Of a stretch of 64,000 nucleotides of DNA, positions 18,352 through 27,834 are shown piece after piece (the stretch's first letter is position 1; the number at the start of each line of letters is the position of its first letter). The notes beneath the pieces are model-generated. The model did no database searches and was not told where the DNA came from. It worked only from the letters and a program-made list of their open reading frames with translations. The translations under genes were made by a program, and so were the position numbers. This stretch comes from an uncultured delta proteobacterium (GTDB lineage Bacteria > Myxococcota_A > Polyangia > Polyangiales > Polyangiaceae): positions 224,001 to 288,000 of the forward strand of contig CAVOKF010000001.1 of the NCBI GenBank assembly GCA_963696385.1, read 5' to 3'.

Positions 18352-20683
18352 GTGGTCGGAAGCGAACAGACACGCCAGAGAGTCGATCGAGACGTCTCGG
18401 CTGGCGACGCCCTGAGGGCCTCTGAAGCCATGTACCGGGCGCTCTTCGAACGCAGCTCGGACGCCATCCTGATCGCCGACGTCGAGACCCAGCTCTTTCG
18501 GTATGCGAATTCCGCGGCTTCTCGACTGCTCGGCTATGCCGAGACCGAACTGCACACGATGGGCTTCGCCGACATTCATCCGATCGATGCCGACGATCCT
18601 ATGAAGCGCGAATGCGAAAGCATCGCGCGTGGCGAGAGCACCCGGTCTGCGGACATGCCCTGTCTCAAGAAGGACGGCAGCCTCTTGTACGCAGACGTCA
18701 GTTCAACGGCGGTCACGATGGATGGGCGCCCGATGAGCGCCGTCTTTTTCCACGACTCGATGGACGCCAGGCGGGCGCGACAGGCCCTCGCAGCGAGCGA
18801 GGCGCGGTACCGTCGCTTATTCGAATCGGCCAAGGACGGCGTCCTGATCGTCGACGCCGACACGGGGCAAATCATCGACGTCAACCCGTTTCTGACCGAA
18901 TTGACGGGCTACTCGCGCGCCGACTTCCTGGGCGCGCATCTCTGGGAGATCGGCCTGTTCAAAGACATCGCCGCCTCCAAGGCTCTCTTTTCCGACCTCC
19001 AGGCTCGGCAGTACGTTCGCTACGAGAATCTACCCCTGGCGGCCCGATCCGGGCCGAAGATCGATGTCGAGTTCGTCAGCAACGTCTACCGGGTCGACGG
19101 CCAGAATTTCATCCAGTGCAACATTCGTGACATCACCGCGCGCAAGCGGGTCGAGGCCGAGCGCCAGCGGTTGACGATGGCCATCGAGCAGGCCGCCGAA
19201 GTGGTGCTCGTCGCCGATGCCAAGGGCGACATCGTGTACGTCAATCCGGCCTTCGAGACCGTGACGGGCTACTCGCAAGCCGAAGCTCGTGGCTTCCATT
19301 TGCGGGCACTCGAGAGCGTGCAGGACGAGGCGTCTTACCGCGCGATCTGGGACACGATCGGCGCCGGCAAGACGTGGCGCGGACGCGTGGTCAACAAGAA
19401 GAAAGACGGCAAGCTTTGCACCCAAGAGGGCACGATCGCGGTCGTGCGCGACGCGTCCGGAGCCGTCACGAGCTACGTCGCCGTTGCCCGGGACATTACC
19501 CAAGATCTCGCCTTGGAAGGGCAACTCCGACAGGCCCAGAAGATGGAGGCCATCGGGCGGCTCGCGGGCAGCGTCGCGCACGACTTCAACAACGTCCTGT
19601 CGGTGATCTTGAGCTACGCACAGATGATTGCCGGGGAACCGAAGCTCGACGAGTCCCTGCGTGCGGACGTCGATGAGATCAAGAAAGCCGCTTTGCGCGC
19701 GTCGGTCCTGACCGGACAACTCCTCACGTTCAGCCGGCAGCAGGTGCTGGAAGCGAAAGTGCTCAATCTCGACGACAGCGTGATCGGAATGGAAAAGATG
19801 CTCGGACGGCTCCTGGGCGCCGATATCGAGTTGACGCTCTTGTCGACGAGCGATCTCTGGAATGTCAAGGCGGATCCGGGCCAAATCGAGCAGGTTTTGA
19901 TGAACTTCGCAGTCAACGCGCGCGATGCAATGCCCGAGGGTGGCGTGTTGACGATCGAGACCGCGAACGTCGATCTGGATGACGACTATGCCCAATCCCA
20001 TCTCGGCGTTCGGCCCGGGTCCTACGTCAAGCTCTCGGTACGCGACAGCGGGACCGGGATGGACCGCGAGACCCAAACCATGATTCTTCGAGCCCTTTTT
20101 CACGACGAAGGATCCCGGTAAGGGGACCGGACTCGGCCTCGCGACCGTCTTCGGGATCGTCCAGCAAAGCGGCGGTCATATTTCGGTCTCCAGCGAGCCA
20201 GGCCACGGCACGACGTTCAACGTCTTCCTGCCGAGGGTCTCGGACGCCGTGGAGGTGGGCACTTCGAATGTCGACCGGCCTCTGCCCGAACCGGCATGCG
20301 GCGGCGAAACGATCCTGGTCGTCGAGGACGACGACCCCGTGCGTGCTCTCGCCCGAGACATTCTCCGACGCCGTGGGTACGTCGTTCTGGTGGCCTCCAA
20401 CGGAGGAGAGGCGTTTCTCATTTGCGAGCAGCACAAGGCCAAGATTCACCTATTGCTGACCGACTTGGTGCTGCCTCGGATGAGCGGCTTGCAGCTCGCC
20501 GAGCGCCTCGCGCCGATGAGGCCGGAAATGAAGGTGCTCATCATGTCCGGCTCCGCAAACGAACCCACCTTGCTCGAACGGGTCGTGCAGTCTGGGTTTG
20601 CGCTGATTCGCAAGCCGCTCACGCCGGGGGCGCTTCTCCGAAAGGTGCAGGAGGTCTGCACCCGGTCGGCCGCCGCCTCGTAA
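18352..20683 (+). pseudogene. Triple-PAS hybrid histidine kinase (CckA-like) with a +1 frameshift near 20084
   Basis: QAQKMEAIGRLAGSVAHDFNN and NARDAMP. ATGATTCTTCGAGCCC carries one extra T; the shifted frame resumes FEPFFTTKDPGKGTGLGL and runs through a REC domain to TAA 20683. Confidence 0.9.
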
Positions 20684-20716
20684 GGACACCGCCCCAGAAC
20701 AAGGTTCTCTCGTTCG

Positions 20717-22336
20717 CTAGGGCGATCCGACGAACGTCGTGACGCTCTGGGCCGAGAGCGGTGCCGCGAAGCTGCCGCCGGTGAGCCGGATGGCGGTCCC
20801 GGCGGCCAGGTTTTCGCTCGCCGATGTGACCCACGGAACGACCTGGGCCGGCCAGGACGAACCCTGGACGAAGATCGTCGCGGTCGTTGCGCCGCCCGTG
20901 TTGATGGCGACGATGGCCACCGTGTTGTCCGCGGGGTTGTCGAACGCGATGACCGACACCCCCGACGGGGGTGCGGAGCCTGCGACGTCCACGCGGTAAA
21001 AGCCGGGACGCACGAACCGGCTGAAGTTTCCGAGCACCCAGAGCCGCTTCGCCCAGGTCGCCGCTCCCGTGTCCCAGAGTCCCCCGTTGCCGCTCGAATA
21101 AAACCACCAGTAGTGCCACGCGTTCATGTTCGCCACGGTGAGCGCCTGATAGATCTCGCTGGCCACGATGAGGCCGTTGGCCATCGTCGTGTCCTCCGCT
21201 CCCGTCACGTACCACTCCGTCTCCCAGAACTCCTTGCCGGCCGCCTGGATGGCGGGGTAGGCCGCAGGGCTGCCTCCGTACTCGTGCGTGGCCACGATCG
21301 ACGTGGCGGTCCACGCGGCGGAGTTGGCAGCGAGCGCCGTCTCGAACGTCTTGAAATCACCCCAATCCTGCGTCTCGGGGGCCACGATCTTGACGCCCGA
21401 ACCGGCCAACGCGGGGCCCATACTCCCGCCGACGAACGTGGCCAGGGTCGTGGCCGTGTAAACGCACGATTCGTAAGTGACGTCCGCGTCCGGCTCGTTC
21501 TGCGCAGAAATCGCGTAGAGGTTGATGCCTGCCGCCTTCATCGTCGTCACGTAGCTCGCCAGGCTGGCGGCCCAGGCCGACGGGTCGGTGAGCGTTCCCT
21601 CGATCGTGGTGCCGTTGGACTTGTCCGCTGCCGGAGGCGTCCAGGGGGTCGCCCACACGGTCGCGCCGAGCGCCTGTGCGGCCAAGGCCATGCTGATTTC
21701 GGCGGCGCTCGTCGTTCCCGCGGGCGACGGTTGAATTCGGACCCGGAATAGAGACAGACCGGCTCCGCTGGTCGTCGAAAACAGAGTCGTCGGGTCCGTG
21801 GCGTTCAGGTAACCCCCCTCCCAGGCCGACGACGCGCCGAATCCGGAGATGTGCTGGTGAACCGTGCCCGGATTCACGACGATGGCATTCGCCGGGGCAA
21901 CGCCGGGCATTTCGCCGGCGCCGGAAGCCCCCGCGTCCGAGGACGACCCTGCGCTCGATCCGGACCCGGAGGAAGACGAGCCCGCGGTCGATCCAGCGCC
22001 TGACGAAACCGATCCGGTCGATCCCGATCCGCTGCCGGGATGGGTGGTCGCCCCGGAAGCCCCGGAGTTCGAAGACGAGCTCGATCCGGAGCCGTTGTCC
22101 GGCAGGGTGCCCGGGGCGGTTCCGGTAGCCGAGGACGATGCCCCCGAGGGGCCTGCGCCGGACACTCCCGATCCCACGCTCCCCGCCGAGCTTGGGTTGC
22201 CGGCGGTGGACCCGGAGGAGGGGCCGGATCCCGTTCCGGACGACGATCCGCCCTGGTCGAGCGAGCCGTTGGAACCGCACGCCACGGCGACGAGGGTCGG
22301 GGCGATGACGCAGACGATCGTGAAGCGAGCGCGCAT
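20717..22336 (-). CDS. GH30 (XynC-like glucuronoxylanase) lipoprotein with a Ser/Gly-rich linker
   Basis: Lipobox VAVAC; Q.ISGFGASSAW, WATPWTPP, AISAQNEPD, KEFWETE, NAWHYWW, GNFSRFVRPG. Confidence 0.88.
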   Translation of the reverse strand: MRARFTIVCVIAPTLVAVACGSNGSLDQGGSSSGTGSGPSSGSTAGNPSSAGSVGSGVSGAGPSGASSSATGTAPGTLPDNGSGSSSSSNSGASGATTHPGSGSGSTGSVSSGAGSTAGSSSSGSGSSAGSSSDAGASGAGEMPGVAPANAIVVNPGTVHQHISGFGASSAWEGGYLNATDPTTLFSTTSGAGLSLFRVRIQPSPAGTTSAAEISMALAAQALGATVWATPWTPPAADKSNGTTIEGTLTDPSAWAASLASYVTTMKAAGINLYAISAQNEPDADVTYESCVYTATTLATFVGGSMGPALAGSGVKIVAPETQDWGDFKTFETALAANSAAWTATSIVATHEYGGSPAAYPAIQAAGKEFWETEWYVTGAEDTTMANGLIVASEIYQALTVANMNAWHYWWFYSSGNGGLWDTGAATWAKRLWVLGNFSRFVRPGFYRVDVAGSAPPSGVSVIAFDNPADNTVAIVAINTGGATTATIFVQGSSWPAQVVPWVTSASENLAAGTAIRLTGGSFAAPLSAQSVTTFVGSP

Positions 22337-22528
22337 GGGCCAGTCTCTATTCTTATCGGGCTTGGTGCCCCTCGGCACGTGAGTCGAGCTCGCGATCGAC
22401 ACAACGGCCCCGTTTTCGTCCGGGGCGTGCCGAACGACAACGCTTGCGCGGTATTTGTCTACTCGGAGCGTGTTCCTATCCGTCGCGAGCGATTCGAGAG
22501 GCGCCGGTGTATTTAGGGGTGGGACAGG

Positions 22529-23482
22529 CTAGCCGCCGGCGGCATCCTCGGCCGCGCCATCGAGGTTGGGGGCATCCGTCGACGCGTCGCTGGTCGGCGT
22601 CGCCGCTTCCGCATCCACGGAAGCGTCCGTCGAACCGTCGGAGGATCCGGCCGAAGCATCGGGGGATCCGGCCGAAGCATCGGGCGATCGCGCCGAAGCA
22701 TCGGGCGATCCGGCGTCGGCAGCGGAGTCCAGGATCGCCGCGTCCGATGGGGGCGCTTCGGTTTCAGCACGATCGGCGGTCGCCGAATCCGTCGGTGCCG
22801 AATGCGCGTCCTCGGTGGACTCGGCTTCCTCGCCCTCCGCGGCGTCCTCGGTGCACCCGCTGTCGGTTTCGCCTCCGTCGCCGCAGGCAAAGCTCTGACA
22901 GGTCGTCTGACAGGTCGTCCCCGCGGGACACCACGTGCCCACGCACGCGGACGCCAAGTACGAATAGATGTCGCCCGAGGAGCAGCAGCTGGCGAGGCCC
23001 GCAGAGCTGTTGCACATAAACGGCACGGGGTGGTTGGGGTCCGCTTGCCCGCAGGGCACGGGGGTGGCCGCTTCGCTGGCCGCATCGGGGACGGCCCCGA
23101 CGCAGGATCGCGGCGCGTTCCCTGGTTCGGTGGTGCATTGCCAGGTTACGGAGTCGCAGGCGCAAAAGGCGGACGGATAGATGCAGCTGCTGAGCGTCGT
23201 GCAGGGCTGGTAGTCGTAGGGCGGCTGTGCCGGGCAATCCATGTTGTTCGTGCAAGCAAAAGCGCCAAGCTCACACGAACAAGTCACCGATCCATAGCAA
23301 CACGCCAGACCCGCAACATCGCAGCTCGCGCTCTGCGCGGCCGTGGCCGAGCTGGGACACGCCGCCGGGTTGCTGGAGCTCGAGCACGCGGCAAGCCACG
23401 CCCCGACGATCGCGATCGCGAACAGCAGTCCGCCCGTAACGTTTCGATGCACGCCCCTGCTTCTCCGCGATCGACGGGTCAT
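22529..23482 (-). CDS. Cys-rich lipoprotein with an acidic low-complexity tail
   Basis: WLAAC lipobox; many Cys; 21-bp tandem repeats encoding SPDASA(G/R) at ~22625-22715. Confidence 0.75.
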   Translation of the reverse strand: MTRRSRRSRGVHRNVTGGLLFAIAIVGAWLAACSSSSNPAACPSSATAAQSASCDVAGLACCYGSVTCSCELGAFACTNNMDCPAQPPYDYQPCTTLSSCIYPSAFCACDSVTWQCTTEPGNAPRSCVGAVPDAASEAATPVPCGQADPNHPVPFMCNSSAGLASCCSSGDIYSYLASACVGTWCPAGTTCQTTCQSFACGDGGETDSGCTEDAAEGEEAESTEDAHSAPTDSATADRAETEAPPSDAAILDSAADAGSPDASARSPDASAGSPDASAGSSDGSTDASVDAEAATPTSDASTDAPNLDGAAEDAAGG

Positions 23483-23725
23483 GCGGCTCTACGGCTATCA
23501 CGGCGCGCGACGCGAAAACAACGATGAGAGCCGTTCTTCGGTCCATCGTGGGCGTTTGCGGTTTGCCCCGAGATGAAATTTTGCACCGACAATTGACCCT
23601 GGGTGCACCGCTGGGGCTGCAAAGAGCGCTGTTTTCCTACGCGCCGTGCCGCCCCTGGTACCGACCGTATGGCGTCGTCCGCCATCTGCGGCATCGATGG
23701 ATGGCCCAAGCTGGAGACGTCCGAC

Positions 23726-24685
23726 ATGAAACGACTTCCGTTCACCGCAATCGCTCTTTTTACCTCGGCCGCGTGGATCGTCGGGTGCGAGGGAAAGAGC
23801 GAGTCGGGCGCAGCCGCAGGCCCCGTCGCGCAAACCTCGGCCGCGCTCGCCGCGTCGTCGGTGCCGAGTCCAAAGCCGGCTCCCAGTGGAGAGGCGAGGG
23901 ACCACCGCGACGGGTTGGCGGGCATGTTTTTCAGAGCGGCGCAGCAGATCGACTTGACCGACGAGCAGAAGGCGGTGGTCGGCACGCTCGAGCCGTTGCT
24001 GCACGCTACCCCCAATGTGCGCCCCGCGATGCAGACCTTCCACACCGATCTGGTCGCTGGAATCGAGGCCGGTCTGCTCGATGCGACGAAAATCCAAGCG
24101 GATCTGTCCGCGATCGATACGGCGGCCCAGGCCGCTCGGGATGCCCAGGCCGGATCGCTCGGCCGACTTCACGATGCGCTCGACGCACCGCGCCGTAAGG
24201 CGCTGGTCGACACCCTCCGCGAAAAGCAGGCCGCTCGCGACGGAGGTCGCAAGCCGTTTTGGGGCCACGATGGGGGCCCGACGAACTGGACCGCACGTCG
24301 GTTGGATTGGATGACCCAGAAGCTCGGGCTGGACAGCGTGCAGCAAAAGCAGGTGGCGGGGCTTCTTGCCAAGGACGACGCCCCCCCCAGTGGGCCGGCG
24401 GGGCCGAGGGGCATGAGCGACGCCGGCAAGGCGCACATGGACGCGCTGCTGACTGCCTTCGAAGCCGACTCGTTCGACGCCAAATCGTTCGATCCCTCGT
24501 GGGCTGCGGACAAGTCGCCTGCGGACCGACTGCATCACCAAGTGACCTTTCTCGAGCACCTTTTGCCGATCTTGAAGCCCGATCAGCGCGACCGGTTGGC
24601 CGCGCTCTTCGCGGGCCCCCGCGGCGACGGCGGGCGCCACCGTGGCGGTGACCCGCAAGTCGATCCGTTCGACGACGCCGACTAG
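23726..24685 (+). CDS. Spy/CpxP-like (LTxxQ) lipoprotein
   Basis: GGAG RBS; WIVGC lipobox; LTDEQK, LHDALDAPRR, LGLDSVQQ, ILKPDQR. Confidence 0.7.
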   Translation: MKRLPFTAIALFTSAAWIVGCEGKSESGAAAGPVAQTSAALAASSVPSPKPAPSGEARDHRDGLAGMFFRAAQQIDLTDEQKAVVGTLEPLLHATPNVRPAMQTFHTDLVAGIEAGLLDATKIQADLSAIDTAAQAARDAQAGSLGRLHDALDAPRRKALVDTLREKQAARDGGRKPFWGHDGGPTNWTARRLDWMTQKLGLDSVQQKQVAGLLAKDDAPPSGPAGPRGMSDAGKAHMDALLTAFEADSFDAKSFDPSWAADKSPADRLHHQVTFLEHLLPILKPDQRDRLAALFAGPRGDGGRHRGGDPQVDPFDDAD

Positions 24686-24781
24686 TACCCCGATTCCATG
24701 AAACGGAGGGGTGAGACCACCCAATCCCGTCGGGAATATCGCGGAAAACGACCCTTCCATTCCGCGGAATCGAGGTACTAG
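24682..24781. mobile_element. 100-bp MITE-like element bounded by CTAG
   Basis: Left end CTAGTACCCCGATTCC; right end GGAATCGAGGTACTAG (15/16 inverted match). Confidence 0.7.
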
Positions 24782-24883
24782 GGGCCCCTTTGCGCGGCCT
24801 AGCAGCGCTACTGCCGTTTGTGCCCGAGGTCTTGCCTTGGGTTGCCGGGTGGCGCATCCTCTCGCCCGAGGCCCCGGGCACCG

Positions 24884-25351
24884 ATGTCACGATCTCCGAA
24901 GCACGCGAAGAGCGCCGTCGCTCACGCCCCTTCGATCGCCGAGTTGAAGGCCGAGATTCGCGGGTACGGGATACGCAGCACGGCCCCACGTCTTGCGGTA
25001 CTCGCGCACCTGAGCCGAGCCGAGGCGCCGCTCAGCCATACGGAGGTCTACGAGGCGCTGCAGGACCGCGGCTACGACCGCGCCACCATCTATCGCAACT
25101 TGATCAATCTCGCGGACGTAGGACTTCTCACGCGGTCCGACCTGGGCGATCACGCCTGGCGCTTCGAGCGCAAGCAAGACAAGATCGGTCGCTCCGGGGC
25201 GCATCCGCACTTCATTTGCGTCGACTGCGGCAAAGTCAAATGTCTTCCCGACAATGCCGTGAGGGTCGTGCCCTCGTTCGGTGTCCCTACGGCGTTGCGC
25301 AACAAGGACGTCGAGGTTCAGGTCAAGGGCCGTTGCGACGCCTGCGCTTAG
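24884..25351 (+). CDS. Fur-family transcriptional regulator
   Basis: RSTAPRLAVL, DRATIYRNL, HPHFICVDCG, GRCDAC. Confidence 0.92.
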   Translation: MSRSPKHAKSAVAHAPSIAELKAEIRGYGIRSTAPRLAVLAHLSRAEAPLSHTEVYEALQDRGYDRATIYRNLINLADVGLLTRSDLGDHAWRFERKQDKIGRSGAHPHFICVDCGKVKCLPDNAVRVVPSFGVPTALRNKDVEVQVKGRCDACA

Positions 25352-25392
25352 TACAGCGCCCCGATCCCTTTGTTCTGGGGCGGTGCACTTAG
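25348..25392. repeat. Short inverted-repeat element flanked by TTAG; partial inverted copy at 20681-20702
   Basis: TTAG-TACAGCGCCCC..GGGGCGGTGCAC-TTAG. Shares CACCGCCCCAGAACAA with 20687-20702. Confidence 0.55.
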
Positions 25393-25429
25393 AAGCGGTG
25401 CTGTCAGGCGGGTGCGGCCCTACCGGCCG

Positions 25430-26101
25430 CTATCGGCCACCCAAAACCGCCCGGACGATCGCGCGCTGTCCCGCGAGAATCTCCGTGGCGCGCCCCAGAC
25501 CGATCTCGGCCGCGAGCGCTCTCAGCAGACTCTCGGCGCGGTCGCTGGTGCCCGAAGGCCGGCCGACCGTCGTCGGGCTGGGCTTGGGTGTCGGCTTCGG
25601 CGCGGTCGCGCTTTTCTTGGCGGCATTTCCCGACGAGCGGACGTTGTAGACGTAACCCACCCCAATCGGGATCCCGGCGGCGCCCGCCTTCTGCACAATC
25701 TGCTTGGGAGTCGAGTTCGGGAAGCGTCGCACGAAGTCCGCTTTGCTCTGGATGGGAGCGGGTTGCTTGGCGGAGGGCTTTGTGAGGCCGCGTGCGGGTT
25801 GAGCCGGAGCCTTCGTCACGGGTTTGGCCGGAGCCTTCGTCACCGGTTGAGCCGGCGCCTTCGTCAGGGGTTTGGCCGGCGCCTTCGTCAGGGGTTTGGC
25901 CGGAGCCCTCGTCACCGGTTGGGCCGGACCCTTCGGTTGCTTCCCCTTCGCTTTCGCTCGACCCCGAACGTTGTAGACGAGGCCCGGATCGATCGTTAAC
26001 CCAGAGGCTTTCGCCTTGTCGACGACCTCCGCGGCAGAGAGATCGGACGGCTGTTGGCGGATGAAGTCGGACTTGCTGACGGTGGGTTTCTCGGCGGCCA
26101 T
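25430..26101 (-). CDS. Lys/Ala/Pro-rich putative DNA-binding protein with a duplicated domain
   Basis: Two K..F(I/V)R..VYNVR domains, 24-bp repeats (TKAPAKPL/TKAPAQPV), and a C-terminal LAAEIGLGRA.EIL helix pair. Paralogue at 62562. Confidence 0.8.
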   Translation of the reverse strand: MAAEKPTVSKSDFIRQQPSDLSAAEVVDKAKASGLTIDPGLVYNVRGRAKAKGKQPKGPAQPVTRAPAKPLTKAPAKPLTKAPAQPVTKAPAKPVTKAPAQPARGLTKPSAKQPAPIQSKADFVRRFPNSTPKQIVQKAGAAGIPIGVGYVYNVRSSGNAAKKSATAPKPTPKPSPTTVGRPSGTSDRAESLLRALAAEIGLGRATEILAGQRAIVRAVLGGR

Positions 26102-26329
26102 AAGGGTGGTAGTTCAGCACGGGTCGGCCCGTCGGAGCAACATCCTCAATTCCGGACCTCCGTCCCCGCTCCTTCGAGCCGCGGCCAGACGGGCGGGTAG
26201 GGGGACCTGGATGCCGCTCTCACGGTTTTCGTGTTAGGTTGGACCGGTCCTGTGCCTGCGGGGCCCTCGGCGGCTTTTCGTCGCCGACGATCCGAATGGG
26301 GTCATGTTCAGGATGGGGACGAGGACACC

Positions 26330-26818
26330 ATGATGCCCGACTCCGTCCTCAAAGAGTCCCTTCGGCAGGAGCTCGTGGAGCTCTTGACGGCGGATCTCGC
26401 AACGCGAAGCCGAGCGTACCGGGCCGCCAGCGACGCGGCGACGCACGAAGAAGCCAAGCCCGAGAACGACAAGGACACCCGCGCCCTCGAGCAATCGTAT
26501 CTTGCCCGTGGCGAAGCGATGCGGGTCGAAGAGCTCCGATCGGCGCTGGCCGAGGTTCAATCCATGCCACTGCCTCGGCTGTCACCCATGGCCCCGGTTG
26601 GCCTCGGGGCGATCGTGTCCGTCGATGAAGCGGGGACCGCTCGGCATCTTTGGATCGCCCCCCACGGCGGGGGGGCGCTTCTCAGCGCGGGGAAGATCCA
26701 AGTCGTGACGCCGAAGTCGCCTGTGGGGCGTGCCCTCATCGGAAAGCGCGCGGGTGACGATTGCGAGATCGTGGTCGCGGCAAGGACGCGAGAGATCGCG
26801 ATCCTTGCTGTGCGCTGA
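26330..26818 (+). CDS. GreA/GreB-family elongation factor-like protein
   Basis: ATHEEAKPENDKDTRALEQSYLARG; VVTPKSPVGRALIGKRAGD. Confidence 0.85.
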   Translation: MMPDSVLKESLRQELVELLTADLATRSRAYRAASDAATHEEAKPENDKDTRALEQSYLARGEAMRVEELRSALAEVQSMPLPRLSPMAPVGLGAIVSVDEAGTARHLWIAPHGGGALLSAGKIQVVTPKSPVGRALIGKRAGDDCEIVVAARTREIAILAVR

Positions 26819-26835
26819 CGGGCCGTCTCCCCGCT

Positions 26836-26873
26836 GAGGTCGAGGTCGGGGTCGAGGGCCGACGTCGGGGTCG
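26836..26873. repeat. Short degenerate GAGGTC/GGGGTC array
   Basis: gaggtcgaggtcggggtcgag..gtcggggtcg between convergent genes. Confidence 0.7.
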
Positions 26874-26894
26874 ATCGCCGTTGACCCACCGTGG

Positions 26895-27638
26895 CTACCC
26901 CAGATACGTGGCGGAGGCCAGTTTATGAAAATTCTGAGTGAGCCACGTGCTCTGGAAATGGCGTCCGAAGGCCTGTTCGAAATACTCTCGCAATCGCTCC
27001 GCGGGTATCCAATTTCCGCGAACTTTCAGGACGCGCAGAGCATCGAGATGTTTGTGAGCTTCCGCCACCTGCAATAGTTTGATGACCTGCGATCGATCGA
27101 ACTTGAAGTAGCTCTGAATGGATCCGTCTTCCGAAGGGGCGTGGACGATGGTGTAAGTCAGTCCGATATTGCCCGTACAGGGATCGGAGCCGCACAAGCA
27201 AGGAATGGGCACACGCCTGTGCCAATGATAATCGATGGTGATTTCGTCTCCGGCGCGGATGGGGCGGACCGCTCGCATCATCAAGGCATCGGCGTCCCGA
27301 TACTTCTCCGTGATCGTGGTGTTCGGACGGCAAGAATGATTGGCGATGTGCCCTCCAATCTTCGCCGGATCCGGGCGAATGGCGAGAAAGCCTTCGGGCG
27401 TCGTCTTGTAGCTCATCGTGTATTCCGCGTCTTTGGAGTGACTGAAGACGTCCGCTTCTTCTTCGGTCGCAAAAACGGGAATAGTGATGGGCTCACCCAC
27501 GAAGGCGGCGACTAAATCGCCTTTCTTGTGATCGACCAACGAGAAAATACCTCGACCCTTGTCGGTCTGCCGGATTTCAATCCATGAATGATCGAGCGCC
27601 TGCTTGTATTTTTTGGTCTCTTGCCAGGGATGACTCAT
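26895..27638 (-). CDS. SET-domain protein-lysine methyltransferase with post-SET cysteines
   Basis: KGRGIF, ANHSCRPN, IRAGDEITIDY, CLCGSDPCTG. Confidence 0.9.
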   Translation of the reverse strand: MSHPWQETKKYKQALDHSWIEIRQTDKGRGIFSLVDHKKGDLVAAFVGEPITIPVFATEEEADVFSHSKDAEYTMSYKTTPEGFLAIRPDPAKIGGHIANHSCRPNTTITEKYRDADALMMRAVRPIRAGDEITIDYHWHRRVPIPCLCGSDPCTGNIGLTYTIVHAPSEDGSIQSYFKFDRSQVIKLLQVAEAHKHLDALRVLKVRGNWIPAERLREYFEQAFGRHFQSTWLTQNFHKLASATYLG

Positions 27639-27834
27639 CCTCGTGCCCCGTCGCCCGTCGCCCGGCTGACTTCGTGTCCGTCGGGCGACGCGAGGCACTT
27701 TACTCGCCTTGACGCCGGTGTGCACGCCCGTGCCCGTCTGGGCAAGGCCGGCGCCCCAGGCGCCCGCGGTACGCGACCGTCGGGCCTGCGGTCCGACCTT
27801 CGAGCGGTTCGGGCGGGGCCCCGCGACCGGGAAA

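Noticed and set aside
16997..18373. 458-aa ORF as a long RpiB fusion
   Set aside because: Only the last ~155 aa are RpiB. The rest overlaps a + strand gene and promoters.
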